Shown: positions 43,826 through 53,218 of the stretch, piece after piece
Numbering within the stretch: position 1 is the stretch's first letter
Layout: each line of letters begins with the position of its first letter
Source of the DNA: an uncultured Gemmatimonadales bacterium
GTDB taxonomy: Bacteria > Gemmatimonadota > Gemmatimonadetes > Gemmatimonadales > Gemmatimonadaceae
Direction of reading: 5' to 3'
Assembly (NCBI GenBank): GCA_963707505.1
Contig: CAVPQB010000003.1
Location: 32,001 to 96,000 of the forward strand
Length of the DNA stretch: 64,000 nt
Notes under the pieces: model-generated
What the model saw: only the letters and a program-made list of their open reading frames with translations
What the model was told of the DNA's origin: nothing
The model's database searches: none
Program-made: the position numbers and the translations under genes

Positions 43826-44119
43826 CTACCGCCGCGCCCTGTCCTGCGGCCTGAAGCACACGTCGATCATCCACGGCGTCAGGTCCGACGTCACCGCTTT
43901 GATTGCATCCCGGCTCACCGGCGTGTGCGCGTCGAACGCGGCTGTCTGAACCGCCGACTTGAGCGTAACCAGCATCGTCTGAGGGGGGACGCCAGTGGAG
44001 TACATGGCCATGCACGCCTCCTTCACAGCGAAGCGAACCTCGTCCCGCGTGGCGTCGTGCTCCAGGTACCGGCGGAGCGTCGCGACCAGGGCAATCACTT
44101 CCGGGCTATCGCTGGTCAT
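43826..44119 (-). CDS. Small hypothetical protein (97 aa, helical)
   Basis: ORF with host-like codon usage: MTSDSPEVIALV...GVPPQTMLVTLK...WMIDVCF. Confidence 0.65.
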   Translation of the reverse strand: MTSDSPEVIALVATLRRYLEHDATRDEVRFAVKEACMAMYSTGVPPQTMLVTLKSAVQTAAFDAHTPVSRDAIKAVTSDLTPWMIDVCFRPQDRARR

Positions 44120-44274
44120 GCAACATGGTTGCACCAAGTTCGATTTTGCGCCAGCCCAAAGATTCAGTCATGAGGCGGAGCGCGTTCCGGCGGAGCTGAC
44201 CGCCGGAGCGCGTAGCGACGTCAAACGCCGTCGAGTACTCTCGCGGTCCGCAGTTCGCTCTGTATCTTCTGGAC

Positions 44275-44505
44275 ATGGAAACGGGTCGCGGCGGAGCCGC
44301 AGTGCCACAGTGGCGTGCGCTATGTAACGACGACGAGATCGGACGCGCTCACTATCTCGACGCAGCGATGGCGCTCGCTCGCATCCACGCCGGCGTCGCA
44401 CTGGACTGGGCGGGCGATATTGCAACGCTGGGCAGCACCGCCCGGTTGCCGGACGGCCGGGTCTATCGCGTCGAACCGTCTGGTCCTCGCGAAGTTGCGA
44501 AGTAG
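44275..44505 (+). CDS. Small hypothetical protein (76 aa)
   Basis: ATG-started ORF with plausible composition that fills the gap between neighbours. Confidence 0.5.
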   Translation: METGRGGAAVPQWRALCNDDEIGRAHYLDAAMALARIHAGVALDWAGDIATLGSTARLPDGRVYRVEPSGPREVAK

Positions 44506-44569
44506 CGAAGACAGAGAGGCGCGGCGAGCGGTGCGGCGAGACGCACGGCGGGAGCGGTCGGGGGATGGC

Positions 44570-44914
44570 ATGATCGAAGGCATAGTGGCGATGTTCGCGC
44601 CGTTCACCGCGTTGTCGAAACAGCTCCAGACGCTGTTCCAGCTCGAGCGTCCGCCGGCGGTACGCAAGGAGCACGGCAGGCTCGAGATTCTGTTGCGCGG
44701 TACCGGAATGACCGATGCGCCAATCTCAGAGCGGGTCGCGACCGCGCATCAGATATCGGACGCCGCGCGCCCGCTGATCCGCGAGCACCGCAAACGCGAG
44801 CACAGACGCTACGCCGACCGGGCAATCGCCGTAAGCTTCGAAGATGAGCAGGTGATGGATGCGGGGATCGCCACGTCGAGGTTCACCTACGTCGCGCTGA
44901 TGCCGCACGACTGA
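44570..44914 (+). CDS. Hypothetical protein (about 114 aa)
   Basis: 3' part of ORF 44315..44914 from ATG 44570 after a G-rich SD; GC-rich third positions. Confidence 0.6.
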   Translation: MIEGIVAMFAPFTALSKQLQTLFQLERPPAVRKEHGRLEILLRGTGMTDAPISERVATAHQISDAARPLIREHRKREHRRYADRAIAVSFEDEQVMDAGIATSRFTYVALMPHD

Positions 44915-44915
44915 C

Positions 44916-44959
44916 AAAAAAATAGGGGCCGCCGAATGTGGTCATTCGCGTACCCCTAT
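44916..44959 (-). terminator. Intrinsic terminator between convergent genes
   Basis: ATAGGGG/CCCCTAT outer stem and CGAATG/CATTCG inner stem next to an A7 run (U7 on the minus strand). Confidence 0.6.
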
Positions 44960-45417
44960 CTTCCATGAATCATCTTTTTCGTCACCGGCCTTCCGTCTAT
45001 CTCCAACCGATAGAGATAGATGCCAGGTGGCGCATCCTGCCCTGTCCGGGAGTTCTTGGCGTCCCAGTACCCTGTGTACTGTCCGCACGATAACTCCACG
45101 CCCTCCAATGGCGCCCCACCAGCGACGCTCCCGGTTCCGCCTTGCAATACGGGTACTGCCACGACCTGCGACAAAATGTTGTACACCCGCAAGGTGACCC
45201 GGTAAACGCGACTCGGATCCGAACACGTGGGGTAATCTCCCACCGTGAAGGGCATCCGCGTCTCTGAAACGAAAGGATTGGGACTGTTCTGCCCCAACTC
45301 CGATCCAGACCCGCGATCCCGTCCGGTCCCGGGCATATTCGCCTGGCCGGCCGCCGATCGCGGCGCGAGCGCGCTGAATGCAAGCACCCCGATGAGTGCT
45401 GCCCAACGCAACCCCAT
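44956..45417 (-). CDS. Secreted protein made of one FlgD-Ig / T9SS type-A sorting-like domain
   Basis: Signal peptide then LGQNSPNPF..T, LRVYNILSQ.V, YWDAKN, PGIYLYRL, TKKM. Confidence 0.75.
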   Translation of the reverse strand: MGLRWAALIGVLAFSALAPRSAAGQANMPGTGRDRGSGSELGQNSPNPFVSETRMPFTVGDYPTCSDPSRVYRVTLRVYNILSQVVAVPVLQGGTGSVAGGAPLEGVELSCGQYTGYWDAKNSRTGQDAPPGIYLYRLEIDGRPVTKKMIHGR

Positions 45418-45577
45418 TTTTTTACTCCAGGCTGACTAGAAAGTGTCCTTGAACTGACTCCTGAACGATTGTTCGACTCAATACATCCTACTCAAGCGCG
45501 AAGATACTGCCCAATAATCCGGAGCGCCAGAGCCGTTTCGACCCAACATGATGATTTCCATGCGCCGGACCACGAGC

Positions 45578-45620
45578 CCTGCCAGTGAACCTGCCAGTGA
45601 ACCTGCCAGTGAACCTGCCA
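45578..45620. repeat. 12-bp tandem repeat CCTGCCAGTGAA x3.6, intergenic
   Basis: Read directly from the sequence. Confidence 0.95.
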
Positions 45621-45869
45621 CGCGACCTACTTCGATACTGTCACCAGAACCTACCAAACACCCCCGCACCGTCCGATGTTCCGGTAACGTACGCGGACTG
45701 ATGAGCTTCGACTGCCAGCTAGTGCCGGCTCAGTATTCTGACGCTCTCTGGCCATCCAATGTTTCAACGAGAAGACTCGTCGATTCACTACTACACAGAT
45801 ATGATGCAGGTGTCACGCCACGAGATCAGGGCTTTGGCGCTCGCCGGCATCTGCTAGCGTCTGCACGGA

Positions 45870-46649
45870 CTATCCCCGCGGAGCGAAAGGCTGGGCGCCA
45901 AAATCGCTCTCCCAGGCGGCAAACGCGCGGAGTGGCCTGTCGTCGGATACAACGTGCTCCCGCACGAACTCGCGCAGCAGACGCTGGTGCGCCCTGCCCT
46001 CCGCCGCACCGAGCCCGGTAACGACCTCTCCGGCCTGCCACCGCCGCAGCGTGTCGCGTGCGGATGGCGGAAGCTTGCGCACCACGGCGGCGAGGCGCGC
46101 ACAATCTTCGCACAAGGCACCGCCGGCTGGATGCGAGAACGTCACGGTCGCGTCTCGCGATACCTCGGAGTGACAGGTTGCGCACACATCCAGCGATGGA
46201 GTGAAGCCAGCATCGGCGATCATCCGCCACGCGCCCGCAAGCGCGCGCTCCATTACCGAATCGCCCGACGCAACGGCGAGCGCGTCCAGCGTCGTCGATA
46301 GACCGTCGAACATCGCCGCGTTCGCTTCGTCTCCCGCAACACGAAGCGCCAGCTCCGCGAGCGCCGACGCGGCAGTGAAGCGCGACATTTCCAGTGCGAG
46401 TCCGGCCCGCGACGACGTCACGTCGAACGCGCCGAGTGTGTGGAGCTCACGCGTAGGCTTGATGTAGATCTGCGCCTCACCCTCGGCGAAGAGGTCGACG
46501 CCCGTGCCAACGCGACCACGAGTGCGCCGCGCACCTTTCGCAATCACGGATTGCACGCCCGCCTCGCGCGTCATGAGTCGCAGCACGCGCGAGGTTTCCA
46601 GATAGTCGAAAGCGTGAAGAACTATCGCCTGCGTGACGACGAGCGGCAT
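45870..46649 (-). CDS. recO: DNA repair protein RecO
   Basis: AIVLHAFDYLETSRV, IAKGARR, Zn finger CATC..LCEDC. Confidence 0.92.
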   Translation of the reverse strand: MPLVVTQAIVLHAFDYLETSRVLRLMTREAGVQSVIAKGARRTRGRVGTGVDLFAEGEAQIYIKPTRELHTLGAFDVTSSRAGLALEMSRFTAASALAELALRVAGDEANAAMFDGLSTTLDALAVASGDSVMERALAGAWRMIADAGFTPSLDVCATCHSEVSRDATVTFSHPAGGALCEDCARLAAVVRKLPPSARDTLRRWQAGEVVTGLGAAEGRAHQRLLREFVREHVVSDDRPLRAFAAWESDFGAQPFAPRG

Positions 46650-46714
46650 CGTCGAAATCTAATCCGATGCCACTCGCCGTTCCTGTTACGCCAACCTGCA
46701 AATCACCCCGTAAA

Positions 46715-48703
46715 TCACCGCGTGGCAGATAGCTTCGCGCCTATCAGGATCGCGCGACCCGGCGCAGGAAAGTTGAATACGTCCTGATACCGCCGATCCA
46801 GAAGGTTGTCGATGCGCGCGGTCAACGATACCATCGTGGCATCGGTTCTGAAGACGCGCAGACTGCCGGACAGCCCCATCTTCACGTATGACGGAAGAGT
46901 GACGGTCGGCGACGGAAACTGCGAGAAGTCCATGTCAGGACGCTTGCCGACATAGTTTGCCGACGCCCCTACACTCCATTCGCTCGAGCGCGCGTAGAAG
47001 AGTGACGCGGTGCCAGAATGACTGGGCCGGCGGAGCAGCGCGTCACCCGGCATCTGCGATCCTGCATAACCCGGCGGCACGGCGAACACTTGTGCGATGG
47101 TCTGCATGTAGCTCGCAGACCCGGTGAAACCGAACGGCAATGTGGCGTCCACCTCGCCCTGATACCCCTTCGATCGCGCCTGCGTCAGGTTGCTGTAATA
47201 CGACGGCGTGAGTTGCACGAAGTCCGGCGGCCCCCCGAACGTTCCCGACACGTACTGAATCTGATTGCTGAATCGCTGGTCGAACGCACCGACGCTCGCG
47301 CGCACTCGACCATCGAACAGCGTCTGAATCAATCCCACGTCGAGCGAGTGCGATTGCTCCGGCTGCAACGAGGGGTTTCCAATGTTGAATGCCGATCCCT
47401 GCGTCTCGTCGAACGAGGGTGCGTTGAAGCCGGTTCCATAGGCTCCGCGAAGCCGCGCACCGCTCCACAGTGCCAGAGTCCCGCCGGCATGGTACGTGTT
47501 GACACTGTGAAAATCTGAATGCTCGTCATGTCGCGCACTCAGATCGTACGAGAAGAGCGAAACAGGATTCCCCTGGAGAGCGATGTAATACCCGCGTGTG
47601 ATGCGATGGTCGTCGGAGCCGGGCGTTACGACGGTAGTCCCGCTGGCCGGATCCACAGCGTAGTTGACGGTCACCAACCGCGATCGCTGCCCCTCGACCT
47701 GATACTGTGCTCCTACCGTCGCGGTGCCAAGCTGGCCGAGCGCCGCTTCAACGCGGCCTTCGGCGAACCTGCGATAGCCGGCTGACGGCGATGATGTCTT
47801 TGAAAGCGGGGCTGCGGCCATACCCGATGCCTTCGTGTCCTCGGACAGTCCATGAACCTCGTTGTCGCCGCCAATGAGACGCAACCGCACGCCCGATGCA
47901 ACTCTGCGCGATGCATCGAGACCCGCTACGAGCCTGTGCTCTCTGGTATAAGAGTTCGTATCGGTTGGCGCGCCCGTGAAATCCGTCGGGAAATGATATA
48001 CGGAGCCGGTGTATCGCGTAGTCAGCGATATTTCCGATTGTTCGTCGGGACGAAGCTGCAGCGATCCGTTCAGGTCACCGTTCTGGTACGCGTTGTTGAA
48101 TGCGTACACTCCATCCGTTGCGTGCCAGGCGCCGCCAATCGAGTATCCAGCTGCAGGCGCGCCGCCCCGGAGGGATACGGATTCATCATGCGAGCCGTAT
48201 GTCCCTGCACGCGCGTCCGCGTCGAGCGTTGTGGGGCCCGCACCGCGCCTCGTGAATATCTGAATCACGCCGCTCACTGCGTCTGCGCCGTACAACGCGC
48301 TCGACGGTCCGTAAACGATCTCGATCCGGTCGACGTTGTCCATCGACAGATTCTCGAAGAATTGAGTTCCGCCCACTGAATTGATTGGGGTTCCGTCGAT
48401 CAGAACCTTGGTGTACCGGCTCTCTCCGCCACGAAGGAAGAGCGATGTCACGCCACCGTAAGATCCGCTCTGAGCGATCGTCGCGCCCGGCGCCTCACGC
48501 AACGCCTCGGCGACCGTGACTATGCCGCGCGCGCGCAGCTCGTCACCCTTGAGTACGGTGACCGGCTGACTGAGCGACGAAGATGGCGTCGGGAGCGTCG
48601 TCGCCGTTACGATCACGGGTTCGAGCGACGCAGTCGTATCCGCGCGCTGCGCCAGCGCTGTCGCGGGCAGCAGCGCAATTAACGAAAGTGTCAACTTGTT
48701 CAT
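46715..48703 (-). CDS. btuB: TonB-dependent receptor, probable cobalamin transporter (BtuB-like)
   Basis: Signal peptide, EPVIVTA TonB box, plug (LRGGES, VLIDG, RIEIVYGPSSALYGADA), NPSLQPE, DNLLD..Y, PGR; last gene downstream of a cobalamin riboswitch. Confidence 0.85.
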   Translation of the reverse strand: MNKLTLSLIALLPATALAQRADTTASLEPVIVTATTLPTPSSSLSQPVTVLKGDELRARGIVTVAEALREAPGATIAQSGSYGGVTSLFLRGGESRYTKVLIDGTPINSVGGTQFFENLSMDNVDRIEIVYGPSSALYGADAVSGVIQIFTRRGAGPTTLDADARAGTYGSHDESVSLRGGAPAAGYSIGGAWHATDGVYAFNNAYQNGDLNGSLQLRPDEQSEISLTTRYTGSVYHFPTDFTGAPTDTNSYTREHRLVAGLDASRRVASGVRLRLIGGDNEVHGLSEDTKASGMAAAPLSKTSSPSAGYRRFAEGRVEAALGQLGTATVGAQYQVEGQRSRLVTVNYAVDPASGTTVVTPGSDDHRITRGYYIALQGNPVSLFSYDLSARHDEHSDFHSVNTYHAGGTLALWSGARLRGAYGTGFNAPSFDETQGSAFNIGNPSLQPEQSHSLDVGLIQTLFDGRVRASVGAFDQRFSNQIQYVSGTFGGPPDFVQLTPSYYSNLTQARSKGYQGEVDATLPFGFTGSASYMQTIAQVFAVPPGYAGSQMPGDALLRRPSHSGTASLFYARSSEWSVGASANYVGKRPDMDFSQFPSPTVTLPSYVKMGLSGSLRVFRTDATMVSLTARIDNLLDRRYQDVFNFPAPGRAILIGAKLSATR

Positions 48704-48722
48704 TGTATTTATATGAGTGGTG

Positions 48723-49505
48723 TCATGTTGAGCGACGTAATGGGACCAGCATCGGAGCGTTAACCGCCGGATCGCGCGTGACGACCAGCGGCCAGTCGTA
48801 CACACGCTCCAGCAGCTCGCCGCGCATCACGGCCTCCGGTGCTCCTGTTGCGACCACGGCGCCGTGGTGCAACAGGACCATCGAAGTCGCAAAGCGCGCG
48901 ACGAGATTCAATTGATGACTCACGAGCAGTACGGCAGCGCCGGACTCCGCGAGAGACACCGCCAACTGAAAGATCTGCATCTCGTGGCCGACATCCAGAA
49001 ACGACGTCGGCTCGTCCAGAACGAGCGCGTCGCCGCCCTGCGCAAGCGCGCGAGCGACCCGCACTCTCTGCCACTCGCCACCGGACAATTCATCGGTGAC
49101 TCTTCCCAGCAACGGCTCCACGCCGGCTCGTTGCGCAGCAGCCAATACCGCGTCGGAATCGCCGGAGGCCGCAGATCCCCATGCACCGGTGTGGGGATAG
49201 CGTCCGAGCGCGATGTATTCAGCGACGTTGCGCGCGAACGTAGTATCCTCGCGCTGAGTCACGACGGCACATCGCCGCGCAAGCTCACGACGGGGGATCT
49301 CGGTCACGTCTGTACCATCGATGGTGATACGACCCGACATGAGTGGGACACGACCGAGCAGTGCCCGGACGAGAGTACTCTTGCCGCTGCCGTTCGGACC
49401 GACGATGGCCGTAACCGCGCCGCGATCCGCGCGCAATGATACGCCCGCTACAACGGGCTTTGCGGTCGGATCGTACGCGACGGTGACGTTCTCATATGCA
49501 ATCAC
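48723..49505 (-). CDS. ABC transporter ATP-binding subunit (BtuD/FecE-like)
   Basis: GTG start at 49505; GPNGSGKS, LSGGEWQR, LDEPT, VSH. Confidence 0.92.
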   Translation of the reverse strand: MIAYENVTVAYDPTAKPVVAGVSLRADRGAVTAIVGPNGSGKSTLVRALLGRVPLMSGRITIDGTDVTEIPRRELARRCAVVTQREDTTFARNVAEYIALGRYPHTGAWGSAASGDSDAVLAAAQRAGVEPLLGRVTDELSGGEWQRVRVARALAQGGDALVLDEPTSFLDVGHEMQIFQLAVSLAESGAAVLLVSHQLNLVARFATSMVLLHHGAVVATGAPEAVMRGELLERVYDWPLVVTRDPAVNAPMLVPLRRST

Positions 49506-50488
49506 CGCATCCTCCTGAGCTGAATCAGAAAGAATGGAACACCGAGCACTGCTGTCACGGCGCCAAGCGGAAGCTCCGACGGCGGAATTACCACACGTGC
49601 CAGGAGGTCGGAGGCGACGACGAGCGTTGCGCCGATTATCGCGCAACCCGCGAGCATCGCGCGCTGGCGTGACAAGCCGAATGCACGCGCCATGTGTGGC
49701 ACGACGAGTCCAACGAATCCGATCAGGCCAGCAGCTGCAACAGTTGCCGCCGCCAGTAGAGCACTCGCCAGGAACGCGCGTCGCGTCGCGCGGTGGACGT
49801 CCACGCCGAGTCCTGCGGCGGAGTCCTCGCCCAGCGTCAGTACGTCGATCTCGGGTGCATACGCAACCAGATAGGCGACACCGGCCGCGACATACAATCC
49901 CAGCCATGCAACCGTGTACCACGTAGCGTCCGCGACCGAGCCCATCATCCACCACAGCGCGCCACGAATCGTATTCGGCGAAACGTTCGCGAGCAGAATC
50001 ATGATCAACGCATTCGCAAATGCGCCCACGACCACGCCAGCCATCAGCAATACACGAACGTCTGTGTGACCCGATCGCCCGGCCCCGCGCGCGACGCCGA
50101 TGGCAAGCAAAACGGCAATGCCGGCTCCGACAAACGCGAGCAGCGGCCACACCGCCGACGATGCGCCCAACATCATCGCCGCGACCGCACCGACAGCTGC
50201 GCCGCCCGATACGCCCAGCAGGTACGGCTCGGCGAGCGGATTGCGTAACGTCGCCTGTAGCGTCGTACCGCTGGTGCCGAGTGCGACCCCAACGAGCGCG
50301 GCGAGAACGACCCGCGGCAACCGGAGCGTCACGACAATGGAGTGCGCCGCCGCCGGTGCATCGCTGGTCAGCGCCGCAAGAACCTGCAGTGGTGAAAGCG
50401 ATACCGTACCGAGTGCGACGCCGAGCACACAAACCGCAACCAACAGCAGCGCGCCAATCCACCAGTGCCACGCACGATGGACGATCAC
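49502..50488 (-). CDS. FecCD-family ABC permease (BtuC-like)
   Basis: LRLPR, RNPLAEPYLLGVSGGA, GLIGFVGLVVPH, ELPLG; GTG start at 50488. Confidence 0.92.
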   Translation of the reverse strand: MIVHRAWHWWIGALLLVAVCVLGVALGTVSLSPLQVLAALTSDAPAAAHSIVVTLRLPRVVLAALVGVALGTSGTTLQATLRNPLAEPYLLGVSGGAAVGAVAAMMLGASSAVWPLLAFVGAGIAVLLAIGVARGAGRSGHTDVRVLLMAGVVVGAFANALIMILLANVSPNTIRGALWWMMGSVADATWYTVAWLGLYVAAGVAYLVAYAPEIDVLTLGEDSAAGLGVDVHRATRRAFLASALLAAATVAAAGLIGFVGLVVPHMARAFGLSRQRAMLAGCAIIGATLVVASDLLARVVIPPSELPLGAVTAVLGVPFFLIQLRRMR

Positions 50489-51417
50489 GGCAGGACGATC
50501 CCCGGATGGAGCGCGCGTGCGAGTACCGTCGCAGCAGATCCCATCTGCACCGACGGCCTGAGAATCATCGTGAGCGGAATCCGAATCACATGATTCTGCG
50601 TGATCGCCGGAACGGCCTGCCACACGCCGCGGAGAGGCGCGTCGCTTCCGCCTTCGCCGCCGCGAACCACAAAATCGGGATTCTTCGATATCACGTCTTC
50701 GATCGAGACGATCGGTGACGGTTGCGGCAGATATGCATACACGTTGCGCGCACCGGCAATGGTCAGCAGTTCGTTCATGAAGCTTCCCCCGCCGACCACC
50801 ATCGGCGACGTATCGATCATCGGCCACACGACGGTCGGCTGATGCAACCCACTTGTCGCGGCTGCCACTCGCCGAAGCGACGCCGCCACAGTATCCACAA
50901 CTACTGCGGCGCGCACGCTGTCACCAAGCACTCGGCCCAGCAGTCTCACCGAGCGATCGAAGTCGGCGATGCGATCGATTCGGAGAGAGATCGTGTGTAT
51001 TCCCGCGCTTTCCAGTCGTTCGGCGGCCGCGCGGTTGTCCTCGCTTGCGTACAGCAGCACGAGGTCGGGATGTGCTGCAACTATCTTCTCGACGTTGGGT
51101 CCGATTCCATTTCCCATGTCCGGAATCGTCCGGGCCGAGTCCGGCCATTCGTCCCAGTGTGACCTGCCTATGAGCAGCGATCCCGCGCCAATTGCAAAGA
51201 TTGTCTCCGTCGTCGTCGGATTGAGTGAGACGACGCGGCCGGGATGCGTTGCAAACGAGATCGAGCGCCCGAAGTCGTCACGAACAGTCGGAGCAGCAAC
51301 GTTCGCCGAATTGCGTGACGGCGCGGAGTCGCGCGTTGCGTCTCGTGTGCAGGACGCGCCGAGAATCGCGAGCGCGACGCATGCCGAGACCCGGATTGCG
51401 GATCTGTAGGATGACAT
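50485..51417 (-). CDS. Helical-backbone substrate-binding lipoprotein (BtuF-like)
   Basis: Lipobox LGAS-C, DDFGR, RVVSLNP, PNVEKIVAAHPDLV, AGARN. Confidence 0.88.
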   Translation of the reverse strand: MSSYRSAIRVSACVALAILGASCTRDATRDSAPSRNSANVAAPTVRDDFGRSISFATHPGRVVSLNPTTTETIFAIGAGSLLIGRSHWDEWPDSARTIPDMGNGIGPNVEKIVAAHPDLVLLYASEDNRAAAERLESAGIHTISLRIDRIADFDRSVRLLGRVLGDSVRAAVVVDTVAASLRRVAAATSGLHQPTVVWPMIDTSPMVVGGGSFMNELLTIAGARNVYAYLPQPSPIVSIEDVISKNPDFVVRGGEGGSDAPLRGVWQAVPAITQNHVIRIPLTMILRPSVQMGSAATVLARALHPGIVLP

Positions 51418-51561
51418 CACTGTATCGCCGAGACTGACTGTCCTGAAACGCAAAACGGGCATCCTTTTTCGAAGGAAGCCCGCAACGTATGTACGAAATC
51501 GACAGGCGACGACGTACAACGCCACCAGCCCTCCCCCGAGGGTCTGTGAGATGTGGCGCGG

Positions 51562-51702
51562 ACGAAGGTCGTCTCCTGGCTCCGGGCCGTCGCATCTCCC
51601 TTCCCGGCCAGCTCAGCCAGTGGGACCTCAGATACGCGTACTGCCCGTTACAGTGGCGGGGCCGCGCCGGCATTTCACCGGCTTCCGTGTCCCCCGACCG
51701 CG
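51562..51702 (-). ncRNA. Cobalamin riboswitch
   Basis: Minus strand GGAAGCCGGTGAAATGCCGG, GCCCCGCCACTGTAA, CCACTG..GGGAAGG and B12 box GAGCCAGGAGAC, upstream of Btu-like genes. Confidence 0.95.
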
Positions 51703-51720
51703 AAAATCAATTATGCCGTG

Positions 51721-51749
51721 AAGCTACCTGCGCCTGAGCGCGCGCGCAA
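51721..51749 (-). promoter_or_regulatory. Candidate sigma-70 promoter for the riboswitch leader
   Basis: TTGCGC-17nt-TAGCTT overlapping the stop codon of the upstream gene. Confidence 0.45.
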
Positions 51750-52689
51750 GCGTTACGGTCATCGCGCCTCCGATCAGGAGCGTCAGTCCGGCGACGAACA
51801 GGAGCGCAGGAGGCTGTTTCACTTCTGGAACGCTCACGACCGCGACTGCATTTGCCGGAACATCCGACGCGAGATATCGTCGGAACTGATGACCTTCTAT
51901 CGCGACTGGTGCGACTGCGGCCAGTCGCGCACCGCTCACGACGGCAGTCGAATCCTCGACGAGAACCTCGAACACTACTGCACCCTGCTCGAACGGAATC
52001 TTGAGAGGAAACGCGTCGGCCGGAAGATCGTAATGAAATGCAAGCTGCTTCATCCCGGGTGCGAACGGCGCGTACACCAGTGCACGTGAATTTGCGAAGC
52101 GTACGGCAGCTGCCGGAATGTCGCCGTCCGCGACCAGTGGTGTGCTGGCGTCGGATGGAAGTCCCGACGACCATACCGCACCTGCATCCGACTCGTTTCG
52201 TGCAACACGAGTTACCGACGTGTCGTTGGAGAGCTCGAACACTTCGGTGACGGTACGCAAACCATCAGGCGCTGCGCGACTCACGATGAGGTGGCGCCCA
52301 CGGATTGTCATCGGCACGTGATGGGACGTCGTATCGAATACGACTATCTCTCCGTCATCGCCGCTTTCGTCGCCCGCATTCAGCGGATGCGAAAAGTACG
52401 CGACACCGTCGTGCGAAGACGATACGAAGTAGATCGCATCGGTGGCTCCGGTGCGCTTGTACTTGAATGCGTAATGACCCGATCCGTTGGTATGCGTGGA
52501 ATCCACCGGGCCGGCGTGATCCGTGCCCACGCGATGCAGCGTGACCCACGTGCCGGCTACCGCGACGACGGAATCGCCGCCAGGTTTGACGACGCGGCCT
52601 GAAACGCTCGAGCTTTCCTGAGCGCCGCATACTGCCGCAATCATTAGCGCGACCAGCGCGCCGAAAATTCTAGAGCCGGAACTTGCCAA
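51724..52689 (-). CDS. Hypothetical exported protein with Ig/carboxypeptidase-regulatory-like N-terminal domain and C-terminal TM anchor
   Basis: Signal peptide, VSGRVV..VTLHRV..TNGSGHYAF, C-terminal TM followed by RRR. Start estimated (TTG 52689). Confidence 0.7.
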   Translation of the reverse strand: MASSGSRIFGALVALMIAAVCGAQESSSVSGRVVKPGGDSVVAVAGTWVTLHRVGTDHAGPVDSTHTNGSGHYAFKYKRTGATDAIYFVSSSHDGVAYFSHPLNAGDESGDDGEIVVFDTTSHHVPMTIRGRHLIVSRAAPDGLRTVTEVFELSNDTSVTRVARNESDAGAVWSSGLPSDASTPLVADGDIPAAAVRFANSRALVYAPFAPGMKQLAFHYDLPADAFPLKIPFEQGAVVFEVLVEDSTAVVSGARLAAVAPVAIEGHQFRRYLASDVPANAVAVVSVPEVKQPPALLFVAGLTLLIGGAMTVTLARALRRR

Positions 52690-53188
52690 AATCTTCCGGC
52701 CTGAGGTTTTCGAGATACGCCTTGAGCTGCTCCGGCGACATCGGCCTGAATTCCGGGTCGATCTGGAGCTCCGCGAGGGTCTCCGATTCGTCCAGCACTG
52801 CACTCGTGAGCAGCTCCTCGCTCACGAAAATCGGCGCGTTGAATCGCAACGCGAGCGCGATACCATCGGACGGCCGCGCGTCCACCACGACGCTTCCATC
52901 GCGACTGGCGAGTTGCAGCTCGGCGTGGTATGTGCGCGCGACTATTCGTGTGACGCTCACGCGCATCAGAGTCGCGCCCAGTTGCGTGATGATGTTCTTG
53001 CACAGATCGTGCGTGAGCGGACGCTCGCGATGCATCTGATGCATCTCGATGACGATCGACTCCGCTTCAGGCTGGCCTATCCAGATCGGCAACAACCGCT
53101 CGCCGTCCTTTTCCCGGAGGATCACGACGTACGCATTGGAAGTCCGATCCAGCCCGAGGCGCATCACCTCGACTTCGAGCAGTGCCAT
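52670..53188 (-). CDS. Bifunctional nuclease family protein (DUF151/BFN)
   Basis: LLPIWIGQPEAESI, RPLTHDL, DARPSDGIALALR, APIFV. Confidence 0.92.
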   Translation of the reverse strand: MALLEVEVMRLGLDRTSNAYVVILREKDGERLLPIWIGQPEAESIVIEMHQMHRERPLTHDLCKNIITQLGATLMRVSVTRIVARTYHAELQLASRDGSVVVDARPSDGIALALRFNAPIFVSEELLTSAVLDESETLAELQIDPEFRPMSPEQLKAYLENLRPEDFGKFRL

Positions 53189-53218
53189 GGCTGGAAGATA
53201 ATGGCGGTATGCAGAGCC

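Noticed and set aside
45578..45620. Short tandem repeats (also 4429-4467) as a CRISPR array
   Set aside because: 12-bp units with no spacers and no cas genes.
45698..45730. CTGATGAG as a hammerhead ribozyme core
   Set aside because: No GAAA after a stem II and no closing stems found.
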